The notes below the pieces were generated by a model. It searched no databases, was not told where the DNA came from, and saw only the letters and a list, made by a program, of their open reading frames with translations. Shown here piece by piece: positions 21,169 through 31,605 of a DNA stretch of 64,000 nucleotides. The position numbers and the translations under genes are program-made. Origin of the DNA: an uncultured Chlamydiae bacterium (GTDB lineage: Bacteria; Chlamydiota; Chlamydiia; Chlamydiales; JAJFMA01). Location: the NCBI GenBank assembly GCA_963713615.1, contig CAVQMM010000001.1, positions 2,944,001 through 3,008,000 on the forward strand, in the 5' to 3' direction. Each line of letters opens with the position of its first letter. The first letter of the stretch is position 1.

Positions 21169-24100
21169 ATGCGGTTATTCTTTGTTGGGCTAGTGATGTT
21201 GTTGGCGTATTTCTCTACGGCTGCTGCAGCGTTAGTCGATCCTGATCCCATCACTTATGGCATGATTGATGTCATTACAGGTCAGGTTCATCTATCTCTT
21301 CCTGCAGAGGCACCGGACCCTTTAAAACTGAAGGGCATCATTGGGCTATCCGAAGCAAAAAAAGCCCAGTGTCTATATGACGAAAATACCGATACCTACA
21401 TTTTGACAGCGCCAGATGGCCGAACCGCACGGTATCAAAAAATACTTGATCTCCATGACTATTGCTTGGTCAGGGAAGACAATCCCAGCGGCACGCGCAA
21501 ATGCTATGAATACGACCCTAAAGGTCGGTTAACTGTCGTTCGGGATGCAAGCACAACCGGGGAAGTCCTTAGCCAGCTTGTTTGGCAATACCAGGAAGAC
21601 GCTTCAACCTTCACCATTACGGATAACAAAGGGCGTACATTCACCTACGACCTTACTGCGAATGGGGCAGTCCGCGGGCTAAAATATCCCGATGGCCATT
21701 CTTTTGGATATACCTATAACGTTGATGAACAACTGGTACGTGTCGATCAGCCTGACGGATACTATGTGATTGTTGAGTATGGAGATGACGGTAAAGTTAG
21801 CCAGTTGTTGGCACCCCTGGGTTATGATGATACCCCATTAACGCTCGCTCGTTATGTCTACAGCAACGACTGCACAGATGTTATTGATGCCATGGGAAAT
21901 ATCGCGCGTTACCATCATCGAGAAGGACACCTTTCCGCCAAAGAAGACTTACAGGATGGAAAACCCTACAGAAGGCTAGCTTATTGGTGGGATGGCACAG
22001 ACCATTTAACGGCTTGTGCTGCCTTGGATCAAAACCAGCAAGCTCTTTGGTCGCAGGTTTTTTCCTATGACAACCATGGCAACCTCGAGACCGAAACATT
22101 GTACGGCAACCTATCGGGTAGGGGGTCCCCCGCATTCTCTGTTGAGTCGGGACGGCCGAAGGACATGGCGGTCGAAGCATATCAAAGTTTTTACGTTCAT
22201 GATGATCTGAATCGTTTGATTGAGAAACGCGAAGACAATGGTAGCGTGACGTTATACAGCTATTTCGCTAATACGAGCCTGGTCGCATCCCAACATGTAG
22301 GCGACAGCACAGGCATCAAGTGGCGTTGTCTTTTCACGTACGATGCGGCCGGTCGACTGATCGAGACTGTAGTTGACGACGGGAACGGCATCAGTAGAGG
22401 CGACCTTACGGGAGTGACCCAACGACGAAGCGTGAATGTTATCTATGCAAACGGCAAGCCCCTGTTGGTCGATGAGAAGGTTTTTGATCCGACTACTGGC
22501 GGGGAATTCATCAAAGAGACCCTTCTGCATACCTACAATGAGCAGGGATACTTGATGGAGCGCCATCAACTGGATGGTGAAGGTGTCCGTCAGCATACTG
22601 CAAGTTATGCCTATGACATCATGGGTCGCGTTGTTAGTGCCTCCAAGGCTAGCGACGTCATTATGCAATACCGGTACGATCCATTGGGGAGACTTACTCA
22701 TCGTCGCGATAGTGCTAAGGGGATCACAAATTCATTCGTCTTTTCGCCTTCAGGATGTCGAGTGTCGGAAGATGTCCTGGATCGACAGAAGCGAGCATTT
22801 CACCAAAGTTATCGTCATGACAACATGGGCCGATGCATCGGTGCGATTGACATTTACGGCAATGAGACAAAATATGAGTACGATTTTCTGGGAAGGATAA
22901 CGCGAACACTCTATCCTGCAATAGCTGACAGCGAGGGTAACGCCACTCACCCTATTGTGGAGCGTAGTTATGACGTCTTGGGTCGAGTCATCAAGGTTAT
23001 AGATCCCGCAGGTTATGCAACAGAGATGAGTTATACCGCTCGTGGGGCCATTGCACAAGTGCGCCATCCTGATGGATCCAAGGAGTCGTTTGTTTATAGT
23101 CTCGATGGGGCTTTGAAAGAGTACACGGCCCGTAATGGTGTGATCACCTACTATGAACGAGACTACCGATCCCGAATAAGGGAAAAAACAGTATTGACAC
23201 CGGACGGGCATGAATTAACCTCTTCGGCCACCTTTAGCGCCTTCCATTTGCTGTCGACAACCGATCCTGTAGGCCGCACGATGCGTTGGCAGCATGATGC
23301 AGCCGGTCGCGTGGTGTCCGCCATATTTTTGTTTGAGCAGGGCAGTTCACAAGCACAATATACCTATGACCTTCACGATAATCTGACAGCAATTAAACAA
23401 ACATTTAATGATGCCAACATCGCTGATATGCATGGGGGTGCGCAGGAACAAATCACTAGCTGCTCTCTGGTTGATGAGTTGGAGCGACAGTTACTCTCTC
23501 CAACATATTTGCAGCCGAATACCTATCTAGCTTCTCAAATGGATGAAGACTACCGTCATGTCAACAGCCTCGGACAACGCGTATTGCGACAGAAAGAGAC
23601 TGATGAGCGGGGTATTACAACGATGACTACTCGCAATGCCCTTGGTCGCATTGTGGAGGTAGAAAAATGCGATTCCTTCGGAGCGCGGTTAACCGTTAGC
23701 CGATATGGGTATGATTCATGTGGACACATCATAGAAGAGCGCCACGGTATCACCGATCCTATAACGACTAAATATCAGTATGGGCCAATGGGACAACTGA
23801 TCAGCCGAATGGATGGTTCAGAGGCTACTTATTACCTTTACGATGCTGTCGGACAGCTGATTCGCATCCAAAAGCCCGATGGTGTTGAGCTATCCATCGC
23901 CTACGACTCTCTTGGACGCATGATACATTTTTCCTCTTCAGATGGTACCGTAGATTATTCCTACGCCTATGACACAGCTGGCAACCCTATTCAGGTTTTG
24001 GACCATGTAAACAATGCTGTGCTTAAAAGGGAATACCATGCGTTCGGTGGCATCACAAAAGATGAATCCCTGGTTTCAGTCGGTAAAGTTTTTGATTCAC

Positions 24101-26094
24101 AGGGCCGTCCAAACCGCCTCATCTTGCCTGATGGCTCTGGTATTGAGTATGAATATGATTCTGCGGGCTTAAAGGCCCTCCATCGCATATCCGAGGATGG
24201 AACCAGGCGCTATTCTCATGAATACACCAAATTTAGTCCCAAGGGGCAACCTATCGAAGCCAAAATGGTTGGCGCTGCAGGCATTTTAACAACGGAGTTG
24301 AGTAGTCATGGCAGCATCCACAAGATTACATCGCCCTGGTGGAGCCAACGCATTGACGAAGACAAAGGGCGTGTAGTTGGGACTAGGATATGGGATGCAG
24401 GCGGAAAATATGATAGCGTCTATGGCTATGATCAGCTAGGTCAGCTAACGACAGAAACTGGGTTGCGTGGCGCTCAGCATGCCTACGACAGCTTGGGTAA
24501 TCGAGTGGGATGGCAAGGACATCATTGTGATGCTAATGGCAATGTCGTTGTTCGACAGACCAGTGACGGTCCGCAACAGTTGCGCTATGACGCCCTTAAC
24601 CGTCTCATAGAGGTTCTGCAACCAGAAAAGCTCAAAGTAACCTTTACCTATGATGCTTTCAATAGACGTCAGTCAAAAACTGTTTTTCAAGCTCAGGCGG
24701 GTCATTGGGTGTCTGAGGGAACCCAATGCTATATCTACGACGATGATTGTGAGATCGGTGTCGTCGATGGTTCGGGTGAAATCACTGAACTACGCGTGCT
24801 TGGAGCCGGAATTAAAGCAGACGTTGGGTCTGCGGTAGCCATTGAGCTGAAGGGGAGCGTCTTTGCCCCAATCCACGATTCACGCGGTTGTGTTCGATGC
24901 TTGGTAGCTGCTGATGGCTCCGGCATTGCCGAAACCTACCGTTATGGAGCCTTTGGAGAAGAGCATGTCTTGAGTGCTTGTGGTAGTTCTATGAGCCCTA
25001 CAGAAGCACTTTGTCCATGGCGCTTTAGTAGTAAACGTGTGGACTCTGAATTGGGCTTGGTGTTCTTTGGACAGCGTTTCTACGACCCCACGATAGGGCG
25101 TTGGATGACCCTTGACCCTTTGGGAACCATTGATGGACCCAATAGATATGCCTTTGTACGAAATGATCCATTAGGTTTGATCGATCCACAAGGTCTATTC
25201 TCTGTAGACACCTTATGGGATTCAGCCACCACGTATGTTCGAGAGTATTTCCGCAAATTGTCATCCTTTTCCAGCTCATTGACGGACCTCTTTAAGAGTG
25301 ACATCGGCTTTGTCAATGATATCATCGATGATGTGCATTTCTTTACCTATCAGTTCATAGGCCCAGGACTATACCTGGCAGCAGGTTTGCATAATGAGGG
25401 TGTTGAGTTTGGTGTGTATGGCAACGGAGAATTTAGTGACAAAATTCGAATCTCACACATTAACGGAGTATTGAATGTTCGTGAAGGCGCTTTAGAAGCT
25501 GCGGAGTTGATTTCCCGAACGCATGGGGGCATCAACGTTCACTATCTCTTCCGTCCAACAGGAGGATTGACCAAAGACATCATCCAAGGGGCCATGACAA
25601 TCTTTGGAGTTTTTGGATATGTTTCACCGTCAGCTACACGGCTAGCGGAGGGGTGGCGTGAGCTAATCGCCGAAGTCGGGGGAGTTGGCAATGGTGGCCT
25701 TATCGTCCATTATGCCCATAGTCTGGGCGGTGCTGAGACTGCCAATGCTCGACGATTGCTCACACCGGAAGAGCAAAAGATGATCCGCGTGACAACCTTT
25801 GGGTCTGCAAAGGTGCTTCCCGACGAAGGCTTCGTACAAGTCCACAACTACATTAGTAGCTATGATGGAGTGATGGGTTTTGATCCTACAGGTTATGTAG
25901 GAGCCTTCATGGGAGGCAATACCAATGTGTCCTTCTTATCACCGCTTGGTTATTTTGCTATTGATCACATGTTTACGGGACCCACCTACAGCAAGACGCT
26001 GAGGATTCTTGGTGAACGTTTCGTAGCGTTATACGATCCGTCAAAGCGCCATACTATTTATCTTGGTGAACCCGAAGAAAGACAAGTGAAGTGA
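21169..26094 (+). CDS. Rhs/YD-repeat protein with C-terminal alpha/beta-hydrolase-like domain
   Basis: Many YDxxGR repeats; Rhs core PWRFSSKR..GLVFFGQRFYDPTIGRW..DP...NRYAFV.NDPL..IDPQG; tip contains AHSLGG. Confidence 0.9.
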   Translation: MRLFFVGLVMLLAYFSTAAAALVDPDPITYGMIDVITGQVHLSLPAEAPDPLKLKGIIGLSEAKKAQCLYDENTDTYILTAPDGRTARYQKILDLHDYCLVREDNPSGTRKCYEYDPKGRLTVVRDASTTGEVLSQLVWQYQEDASTFTITDNKGRTFTYDLTANGAVRGLKYPDGHSFGYTYNVDEQLVRVDQPDGYYVIVEYGDDGKVSQLLAPLGYDDTPLTLARYVYSNDCTDVIDAMGNIARYHHREGHLSAKEDLQDGKPYRRLAYWWDGTDHLTACAALDQNQQALWSQVFSYDNHGNLETETLYGNLSGRGSPAFSVESGRPKDMAVEAYQSFYVHDDLNRLIEKREDNGSVTLYSYFANTSLVASQHVGDSTGIKWRCLFTYDAAGRLIETVVDDGNGISRGDLTGVTQRRSVNVIYANGKPLLVDEKVFDPTTGGEFIKETLLHTYNEQGYLMERHQLDGEGVRQHTASYAYDIMGRVVSASKASDVIMQYRYDPLGRLTHRRDSAKGITNSFVFSPSGCRVSEDVLDRQKRAFHQSYRHDNMGRCIGAIDIYGNETKYEYDFLGRITRTLYPAIADSEGNATHPIVERSYDVLGRVIKVIDPAGYATEMSYTARGAIAQVRHPDGSKESFVYSLDGALKEYTARNGVITYYERDYRSRIREKTVLTPDGHELTSSATFSAFHLLSTTDPVGRTMRWQHDAAGRVVSAIFLFEQGSSQAQYTYDLHDNLTAIKQTFNDANIADMHGGAQEQITSCSLVDELERQLLSPTYLQPNTYLASQMDEDYRHVNSLGQRVLRQKETDERGITTMTTRNALGRIVEVEKCDSFGARLTVSRYGYDSCGHIIEERHGITDPITTKYQYGPMGQLISRMDGSEATYYLYDAVGQLIRIQKPDGVELSIAYDSLGRMIHFSSSDGTVDYSYAYDTAGNPIQVLDHVNNAVLKREYHAFGGITKDESLVSVGKVFDSQGRPNRLILPDGSGIEYEYDSAGLKALHRISEDGTRRYSHEYTKFSPKGQPIEAKMVGAAGILTTELSSHGSIHKITSPWWSQRIDEDKGRVVGTRIWDAGGKYDSVYGYDQLGQLTTETGLRGAQHAYDSLGNRVGWQGHHCDANGNVVVRQTSDGPQQLRYDALNRLIEVLQPEKLKVTFTYDAFNRRQSKTVFQAQAGHWVSEGTQCYIYDDDCEIGVVDGSGEITELRVLGAGIKADVGSAVAIELKGSVFAPIHDSRGCVRCLVAADGSGIAETYRYGAFGEEHVLSACGSSMSPTEALCPWRFSSKRVDSELGLVFFGQRFYDPTIGRWMTLDPLGTIDGPNRYAFVRNDPLGLIDPQGLFSVDTLWDSATTYVREYFRKLSSFSSSLTDLFKSDIGFVNDIIDDVHFFTYQFIGPGLYLAAGLHNEGVEFGVYGNGEFSDKIRISHINGVLNVREGALEAAELISRTHGGINVHYLFRPTGGLTKDIIQGAMTIFGVFGYVSPSATRLAEGWRELIAEVGGVGNGGLIVHYAHSLGGAETANARRLLTPEEQKMIRVTTFGSAKVLPDEGFVQVHNYISSYDGVMGFDPTGYVGAFMGGNTNVSFLSPLGYFAIDHMFTGPTYSKTLRILGERFVALYDPSKRHTIYLGEPEERQVK

Positions 26095-26104
26095 AATGGG
26101 AAAA

Positions 26105-26177
26105 TGGAGCGTAGCGGGATCGAACCGCTGACCTCAACAATGCCATTGTTGCGCTCTACCAACTGAGCTAACGCCCC
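26105..26177 (-). tRNA. tRNA-Ala(GGC)
   Basis: GGGGCGTTAGCTCAGTTGGTAGAGCG CAACA-ATGGCAT-TGTTG AGGTCAGCGGTTCGATCCCGCTACGCTCCA; CCA tail not encoded. Confidence 0.97.
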
Positions 26178-26192
26178 AAAAACGAAGATACC

Positions 26193-26221
26193 ATTGTAAG
26201 CCAATGGCCTTTTGTTCGCAA
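26193..26221 (-). promoter_or_regulatory. tRNA-Ala promoter
   Basis: Minus strand TTGCGA-17 bp-TACAAT, 15 nt upstream of the tRNA. Confidence 0.65.
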
Positions 26222-26263
26222 GTTTGGGCAGTTTGCTGGGTGTAATTCAAATTTGTACTCACC

Positions 26264-27787
26264 TTAGGCGGCTAGGCAATCGAGCTCACAGACTACCTCA
26301 TCTTGCCAAAGCCTTTCCCATTCATCGTTAGCTCGAAGAGTTCTAAGGTTTGCCATTTGATCCGCATGATCCCGTCTCCACCATGCTCCGGGCTTTTTCA
26401 ACCGCTTCTGAATCACATGGCGATGCGTGCTTTCTATTTTCCCCGAACCTATTGGCAAACCTTTTCTAATCGCTTCATCATACTTAAACTGCCCAGGTCT
26501 ATTAGTTATGTATTGTATACACTTTTGCAGGCCCTCATGCTCAGGGTGAATTTTGGAGTACTTTCGAAGCTTTCGCTTCACATTCACTATCTGTCCTTTT
26601 TTTAAGCGGGTCTTTAGCGCTCGAGTCTCCTTTTTAATATCCTCAGTCCAGGCCGTTGCTGCTCCCGCTAGATACTCACTTAAATGGGCCTTGTTCACCT
26701 TTGCGGTCAGTTTTCGGTCGACTGCAAAAGGATCGTCTGTCGCGTTTTGCTCCTCGGACATAGCTGGCGCTATGCCCTCGTCACAAACCACGACATCCGA
26801 CCTTTTTCGTCCGACCGAAATTCTGACCGTAAAGGTGAACAAGGCCCTTAAATGATACAGATCAATTAGGTAGTTCCCTCGGCTTCCTGCTACCTTTCCA
26901 TCTGTTCAGTTATCCATTTTGCTCCATCCCCTATACCATGTAATTGGCTCTGTCCTTCCCACCCAAATTGCCGTTCTAATAATGTTAGCATTCTATTTCC
27001 CAAATCATCAGGGCTATTAAAGGAACACGTGTATTTCCAGTCTGCTTCCCCTAAGCGCTGAATAACCCCCACTCTAAGCTCTGCCCAGGATACTCTTCTG
27101 TTTTTCCGTCTATCTCCAGAACCAGCTGTTTCAACTAGGGGCACCATTCCACCATCCATTTCAACCACAAGTGGGGTTGTTGGATTGTCTGCCTTTTTCC
27201 CGATAGGAGGCTTTTTCATCATCAGCTGCGCCCTCTTGGCATGTTTAAGCGTGATATTTGATATCGTAGTGGGACCGATTTCCAATCCATGGTGCTCCTT
27301 CATCTGTTTCGCGGCCCTCGAAAAAGAGTCCTCGGATCCTAGATCAGTTATCAAGCGTTGACACCGCTTTGACCAATCTCGGTGTTTTATCCCTGAAAAG
27401 TCCTCAAAAGGCCTTAAACGATGTGAAGGTCGACCACGATGCTTCTTTGCAGAAAACACCTTTGAACAACAGTGATGCGTCCTAGTGTTGTCTGCCATTC
27501 GACTTTTTTTTTCCGTGGGGACGGATGCCCTTCTCAGGCTCGTATTGAGATTCTACCTGCTTAACACGATGATCCGCCCAATTTTGAAGAATGGCCTGCC
27601 CAGACTTACGAATAGCAGCTATGGTAGCTTCTTCTGCTTCATCGCCCGTCTTAAGCTCTTCAAAATTCTTACCAACGACATCAACCATCTCCAGGAGCGG
27701 CTGTAACAGACTTGGATTTTCTCTAAGCACATGTAAAATATAACGTTCATCCTCAGAAAGGTCGTGTGATGGTGGAATAGTCTTCAT
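26264..27787 (-). pseudogene. ISKra4-like transposase (orfA plus frameshifted orfB)
   Basis: A9G slippery run near 27503-27512 joins orfA to orfB; extra 1-bp frameshift near 26893; MITE inserted at 26687-26846. Confidence 0.75.
26687..26846. mobile_element. 160-bp palindromic MITE, copy 1
   Basis: Ends GGCCTTGTTCACCTTT/AAAGGTGAACAAGGCC; 8-bp TSD cttaaatg. Confidence 0.92.
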
Positions 27788-28077
27788 CTAAATTCGCATA
27801 TTATTGATTTGGATAGGGTTTCATGCTGGGTCAGCCGCAACATTGTGTAAACGATCTTACACAAGAATTGCTCTGCGTACAAGTTTGGATTGCACCCCCA
27901 ATCCAATATTTGATTGACCTCTAAGATGAGAATTTTATAACCTGCAACTTGACATTGATCGGAATTTCGGTCAGACCTATCCCTCTAGAGCGTCGGTAGG
28001 CTTAATTCGGCCACTGCAATGACTGAATTTGGACGAACAGTTTATAAATCACTTATTTATCCATCAGGAGAACATTC

Positions 28078-28446
28078 ATGAAAAGGTATCGCAATATAGC
28101 AATCGTATTCAAACTTTTTCTTCTTTCCCTCTGTTGTAACGCATATGCAGATCCCTGTTCTAATTCCGAACAATATCAGGTTAATTTTTTAGAGATGATG
28201 GATAACAAATTCTATATAGAACCCGAGACAATATACGTTTCTCCTAAAGAAATCTTACTAAATATTTCTGGAGAGCTTTTACCTATCAAACATTTATTTT
28301 CCGATGACGGAGGTGTTTTTGTACTTGCAGAAGAGATATTAATGGCTAAAGCAAAGGATGGCCCTTGGACTTGTGCTTGGTGTGGAGAGCCTAATGATGG
28401 AGGCAATTATTGCACCACATGCTTCAAACTACGAAGGGAAAAATAA
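28078..28446 (+). CDS. Small exported protein with C-terminal C4 zinc finger
   Basis: AGGAGA RBS, signal peptide ending AYA, WTCAWCGEPNDGGNYCTTC. Confidence 0.7.
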   Translation: MKRYRNIAIVFKLFLLSLCCNAYADPCSNSEQYQVNFLEMMDNKFYIEPETIYVSPKEILLNISGELLPIKHLFSDDGGVFVLAEEILMAKAKDGPWTCAWCGEPNDGGNYCTTCFKLRREK

Positions 28447-28455
28447 TGGTAAATA

Positions 28456-29334
28456 ATGTTTAAATTCATTTTTATTTTAGTTTTATTGCTACCGAATGTC
28501 GTGCGTGCTCAGGATATAAAAAATATTCTGAGCCAGTTATCTGAGTGTGATAAACAAGACTTGAATGACCTTTTCCATGTATTGATGGATGATGATCAAT
28601 TTAGTTATACATTATTTGGAGACAAACCTGTATCATTATCTGGAGATTATATTATTACTCCTGATGAAGATAAATTATCCGGTATATCATCGGGTGAAAT
28701 TTTTTGGCAAAAGTGGGCCGTCTGGAAACGAAATCAAGAAAGATTTTCTATTTCTCATTATTTATTTATTGAAGAGCCGGCCTATAATCGCCGTGATAGT
28801 ACAATGGTTTTTATTTTCTTTATCAACAAAAAAGCCTTTATGGAGACAGTGAACAAAAATATTCAGGCTTTCAGAGATGTTTTAGGGTACAATGTAGCAG
28901 CATCCGAATTGTTAGAGAAGATGAAAAAAGAGAATGCGTTTATGAGTCTGCTAAAAGATAATGAAATGTTATTGGGTATATTGCTAGGGTATGGTGAAAA
29001 TAATGCCAAACTATACGCTCGAAGAATGAGTTTAAGGAAATTTATTACTGGAAAAACTTTGTCTATTTTACCAGAAGAAAAACCTTTACCATCTAAGGAC
29101 TTTTCGTCTATTGAAGAGGAGGAAGACTTTTTAAATCACCAGTTACGACCTTTCGCTTCTTACAATTGCGAACCGTCGATTATTTCGCCAGTACAATTTG
29201 CTGCTGATTTAAATCATAAAGAAACGCAATTGCTTCAGAAAAAGTATTCTACCTTGAGAAATAAAATTTCTCTTCTCTATGCTGAAAACAATAATTTTCT
29301 AGAAGTTACTTTATCACAATTAACACTCGATTAA
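28456..29334 (+). CDS. Hypothetical exported protein (AT-rich)
   Basis: 292-aa ORF 9 bp after the previous gene; signal peptide ending VRA; YTLFGDKPVS and LLGILLGYGENNA motifs. Confidence 0.75.
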   Translation: MFKFIFILVLLLPNVVRAQDIKNILSQLSECDKQDLNDLFHVLMDDDQFSYTLFGDKPVSLSGDYIITPDEDKLSGISSGEIFWQKWAVWKRNQERFSISHYLFIEEPAYNRRDSTMVFIFFINKKAFMETVNKNIQAFRDVLGYNVAASELLEKMKKENAFMSLLKDNEMLLGILLGYGENNAKLYARRMSLRKFITGKTLSILPEEKPLPSKDFSSIEEEEDFLNHQLRPFASYNCEPSIISPVQFAADLNHKETQLLQKKYSTLRNKISLLYAENNNFLEVTLSQLTLD

Positions 29335-29739
29335 TAAGAGGACTCTGGTTACCACACTCGGGCTCAAGCTTTGAATTTTGACCTCCGCAGAAGCCCTGCG
29401 GTTGATCGATCAAAAATGAACAACAAGGAAGGGCATATGGGGTTCCCAAATAACCTCTGAAAATATGCCTTGAAGAAGATACTGGCAGAACTTGACCGGA
29501 AGGTAGGTCTGGAGCGCTTTTCTACGTTGACTCGTTCCTTTCAGGCAAAAGGTCACGCAAAGTAGTGAAAAGTCAACAAGTTAGACTGATCCTCGCGTTT
29601 ATCGGGCGTTACGACCTCTTAAAGACTGGATTAGAGTGATGATTAAAGGGAATGTAGATGGAGTGGTTTGATCTCTAGCCCTATCCTAGTTAACATTATG
29701 GTACAGATAGGGCAGGGAAGCCACTGTTTCTATATCTAG

Positions 29740-30081
29740 CTACTCTTTGTTATCCGACTCGTCCTTTCCAAATTCAGCTTCGATTTCTTCAACCGTGGGC
29801 AAGCTCTCCTTCAATTCTTTTGTAAGGGTGTCCACAATATTCACTTGATAACCAGAAACGCTGATAGGCTTCTTAAAGTCTCTAAGAGCATATTCAACGG
29901 TAAAATTGTCTTTTGTTTTGCAGAAAATCATTCCGATGGACGGCCTATCTTCAGGTTGCTTCAGATGCTCATCCACTGCCGACAAATAAAAATTTATCTG
30001 TCCAATGTCGTTTGCTTCGAACTCACAGGCCTTCAACTCATATGTTGCGTAGTCAGTTATGTGACGTTCGTTTCCTCTCAT
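29740..30081 (-). pseudogene. C-terminal fragment of a YhcG/DUF1016 PD-(D/E)XK nuclease
   Basis: ELK..EF...DIGQINFYLSAVD..LK...DRPSIGMIFCKTK....VEYALRD..KPI.VS.Y...LPTVEEIEAE; N-terminal part absent. Confidence 0.8.
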
Positions 30082-30746
30082 ACAGATAAATTCTCACAAA
30101 AGTTTCGTTTCTACACAACATAATTTACCTCATTCCCCAGGGCGATCGCATCTTAATTTCCTTGACTAACGAGTCGAAACAGGAACTCAGCCGACATTTT
30201 CATCTTGTTCTGCATTCTTCGCACACTAAGCTTTCCTCGCGCCTGGTTGATAAGGTTTAATCCAAGTTTTCGTGCTTGTGTCATTATCTCGGGACCATTG
30301 TCCTTATATATCCTTGAAGCATCTTCATTGAACGTGAGATCAAGAACCCAATGGAGCTTATTTGCTATTTCCCAGTACGCTCGGATTGCTTGGGAGAGCT
30401 GTCCTGCATTTGCTTCGCGAGATGAAATGTAGAAGCGTTGCTCAACCGTGGTTTTGCCTTTGATGGTTCTCTCGGATTCAATCAAGATAGCAGATTTCAA
30501 GCCAGGCCATTTGCCTATGCTGCTAAGCTCATTTAGATCAGAGCTAGCCCAACATTTTCGACATTCAATTCGACCATGACCCTTGTCATATTCCTCATGC
30601 TTGGTTCCATTAAATCCATTCCAAGCAGTCTTCTTCCAACCCTCGAATAGTAGCTTGATGTCTGTGTGAAGCGTGCCTTGGTTGCCTTTCAGTCCTAAAA
30701 TATAGTCTCCTTTCTGTTCAATGATTTGGGCCGCAATCTTTCTTTG

Positions 30747-30906
30747 GGCCTTATTCACCTTTGCGGTCAGTTTTCGGTCGACTGCAAAAGGATCGTCTGT
30801 CGCGTTTTGCTCCTCGGACATAGCTGGCGCTATGCCCTCGTCACAAACCACGACATCCGACCTTTTTCGTCCGACCGAAATTCTGACCGTAAAGGTGAAC
30901 AAGGCC
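30747..30906. mobile_element. 160-bp palindromic MITE, copy 2
   Basis: Identical to copy 1 except one base; 8-bp TSD tttctttg. Confidence 0.92.
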
Positions 30907-31270
30907 TTTCTTTGGCACCCCATTGCATCCATGGTGACTATCTGACCCTCCAAATCTAACATAGCAAGAAGCTCAGGCTGTACGGCGACAGCGATGATGG
31001 CACCTCGGCGACACGCAGTTGGCACCTTCCATCACCGCCCGGCGTCAGCGAGTTGGCACCTTCCATCACCGACTGACGACAACCTCCTGGCACCTCCTCC
31101 ATCACCGACCCGCGACACGCGGTTGGCACCTCCCATCACCGCCCGACGACAGTCGGTTGGCACCTAAAAACAGGCCAGAATCACCCGGGCCCAGATCCTT
31201 CTCGTCTGAAGTCCTTCCAGCCCGGTCCATACCCGCAGGGCGAGTATGGACCATCTGTTCTAACTTCTTC

Positions 31271-31603
31271 TCAGATCACTGGATCGTCTCCGATAGTCTT
31301 TCTAGTGCTACCCTCCAGAGCCTCCAAGTCTTCCTCCAATTTTGCATGAAAGGCATAGATCTGTTCCAGATATTCTGCAACAAGTTCTCTAAAACGTCTA
31401 CGTAGATCTTCCTCCAAGCCAGCTACTAGGGCCAATAGCTGAAAAATCCCTTCTCGCACCTCTAAAGATGGGGCCACATAAGTCCTGTCTCCACTTAGGG
31501 CGTTTTCTATTGAGCTATCGGCTCTACGCTCAAGCTCAGCCACCGCATTTCGTAAATCCTCAACCAAAGCCCTACTGAGGAGTATTTCTGAATGATGTTT
31601 CAT
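31271..31603 (-). CDS. Hypothetical helical protein inside IS21
   Basis: ATG 2 nt after the istB stop with GAGG RBS; Glu/Leu-rich 110 aa. Confidence 0.55.
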   Translation of the reverse strand: MKHHSEILLSRALVEDLRNAVAELERRADSSIENALSGDRTYVAPSLEVREGIFQLLALVAGLEEDLRRRFRELVAEYLEQIYAFHAKLEEDLEALEGSTRKTIGDDPVI

Positions 31604-31605
31604 GT

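Larger units (their letters stand above)
26238..27897 (-). mobile_element. ISKra4-family-like IS, inactivated
   Basis: Imperfect TIRs gggtgtaattcaaatttgtac / gtacaagtttggattgcaccc; transposase motifs EMDGGM, IGDGAKWI, IDLYHL, PIGSGKIES.HR.VIQKRLK..GAWW. Confidence 0.8.

Noticed and set aside
26105..26177. tRNA-Ala as the island integration site
   Set aside because: Its 3' end faces the Rhs gene, away from the accessory DNA, and no duplicate of it was seen
29589..29660. Similarity to 34950-35010 (atcctcgcgttt...tggatta)
   Set aside because: Only a 12-bp exact match plus gapped weak identity; cannot be told from chance by eye
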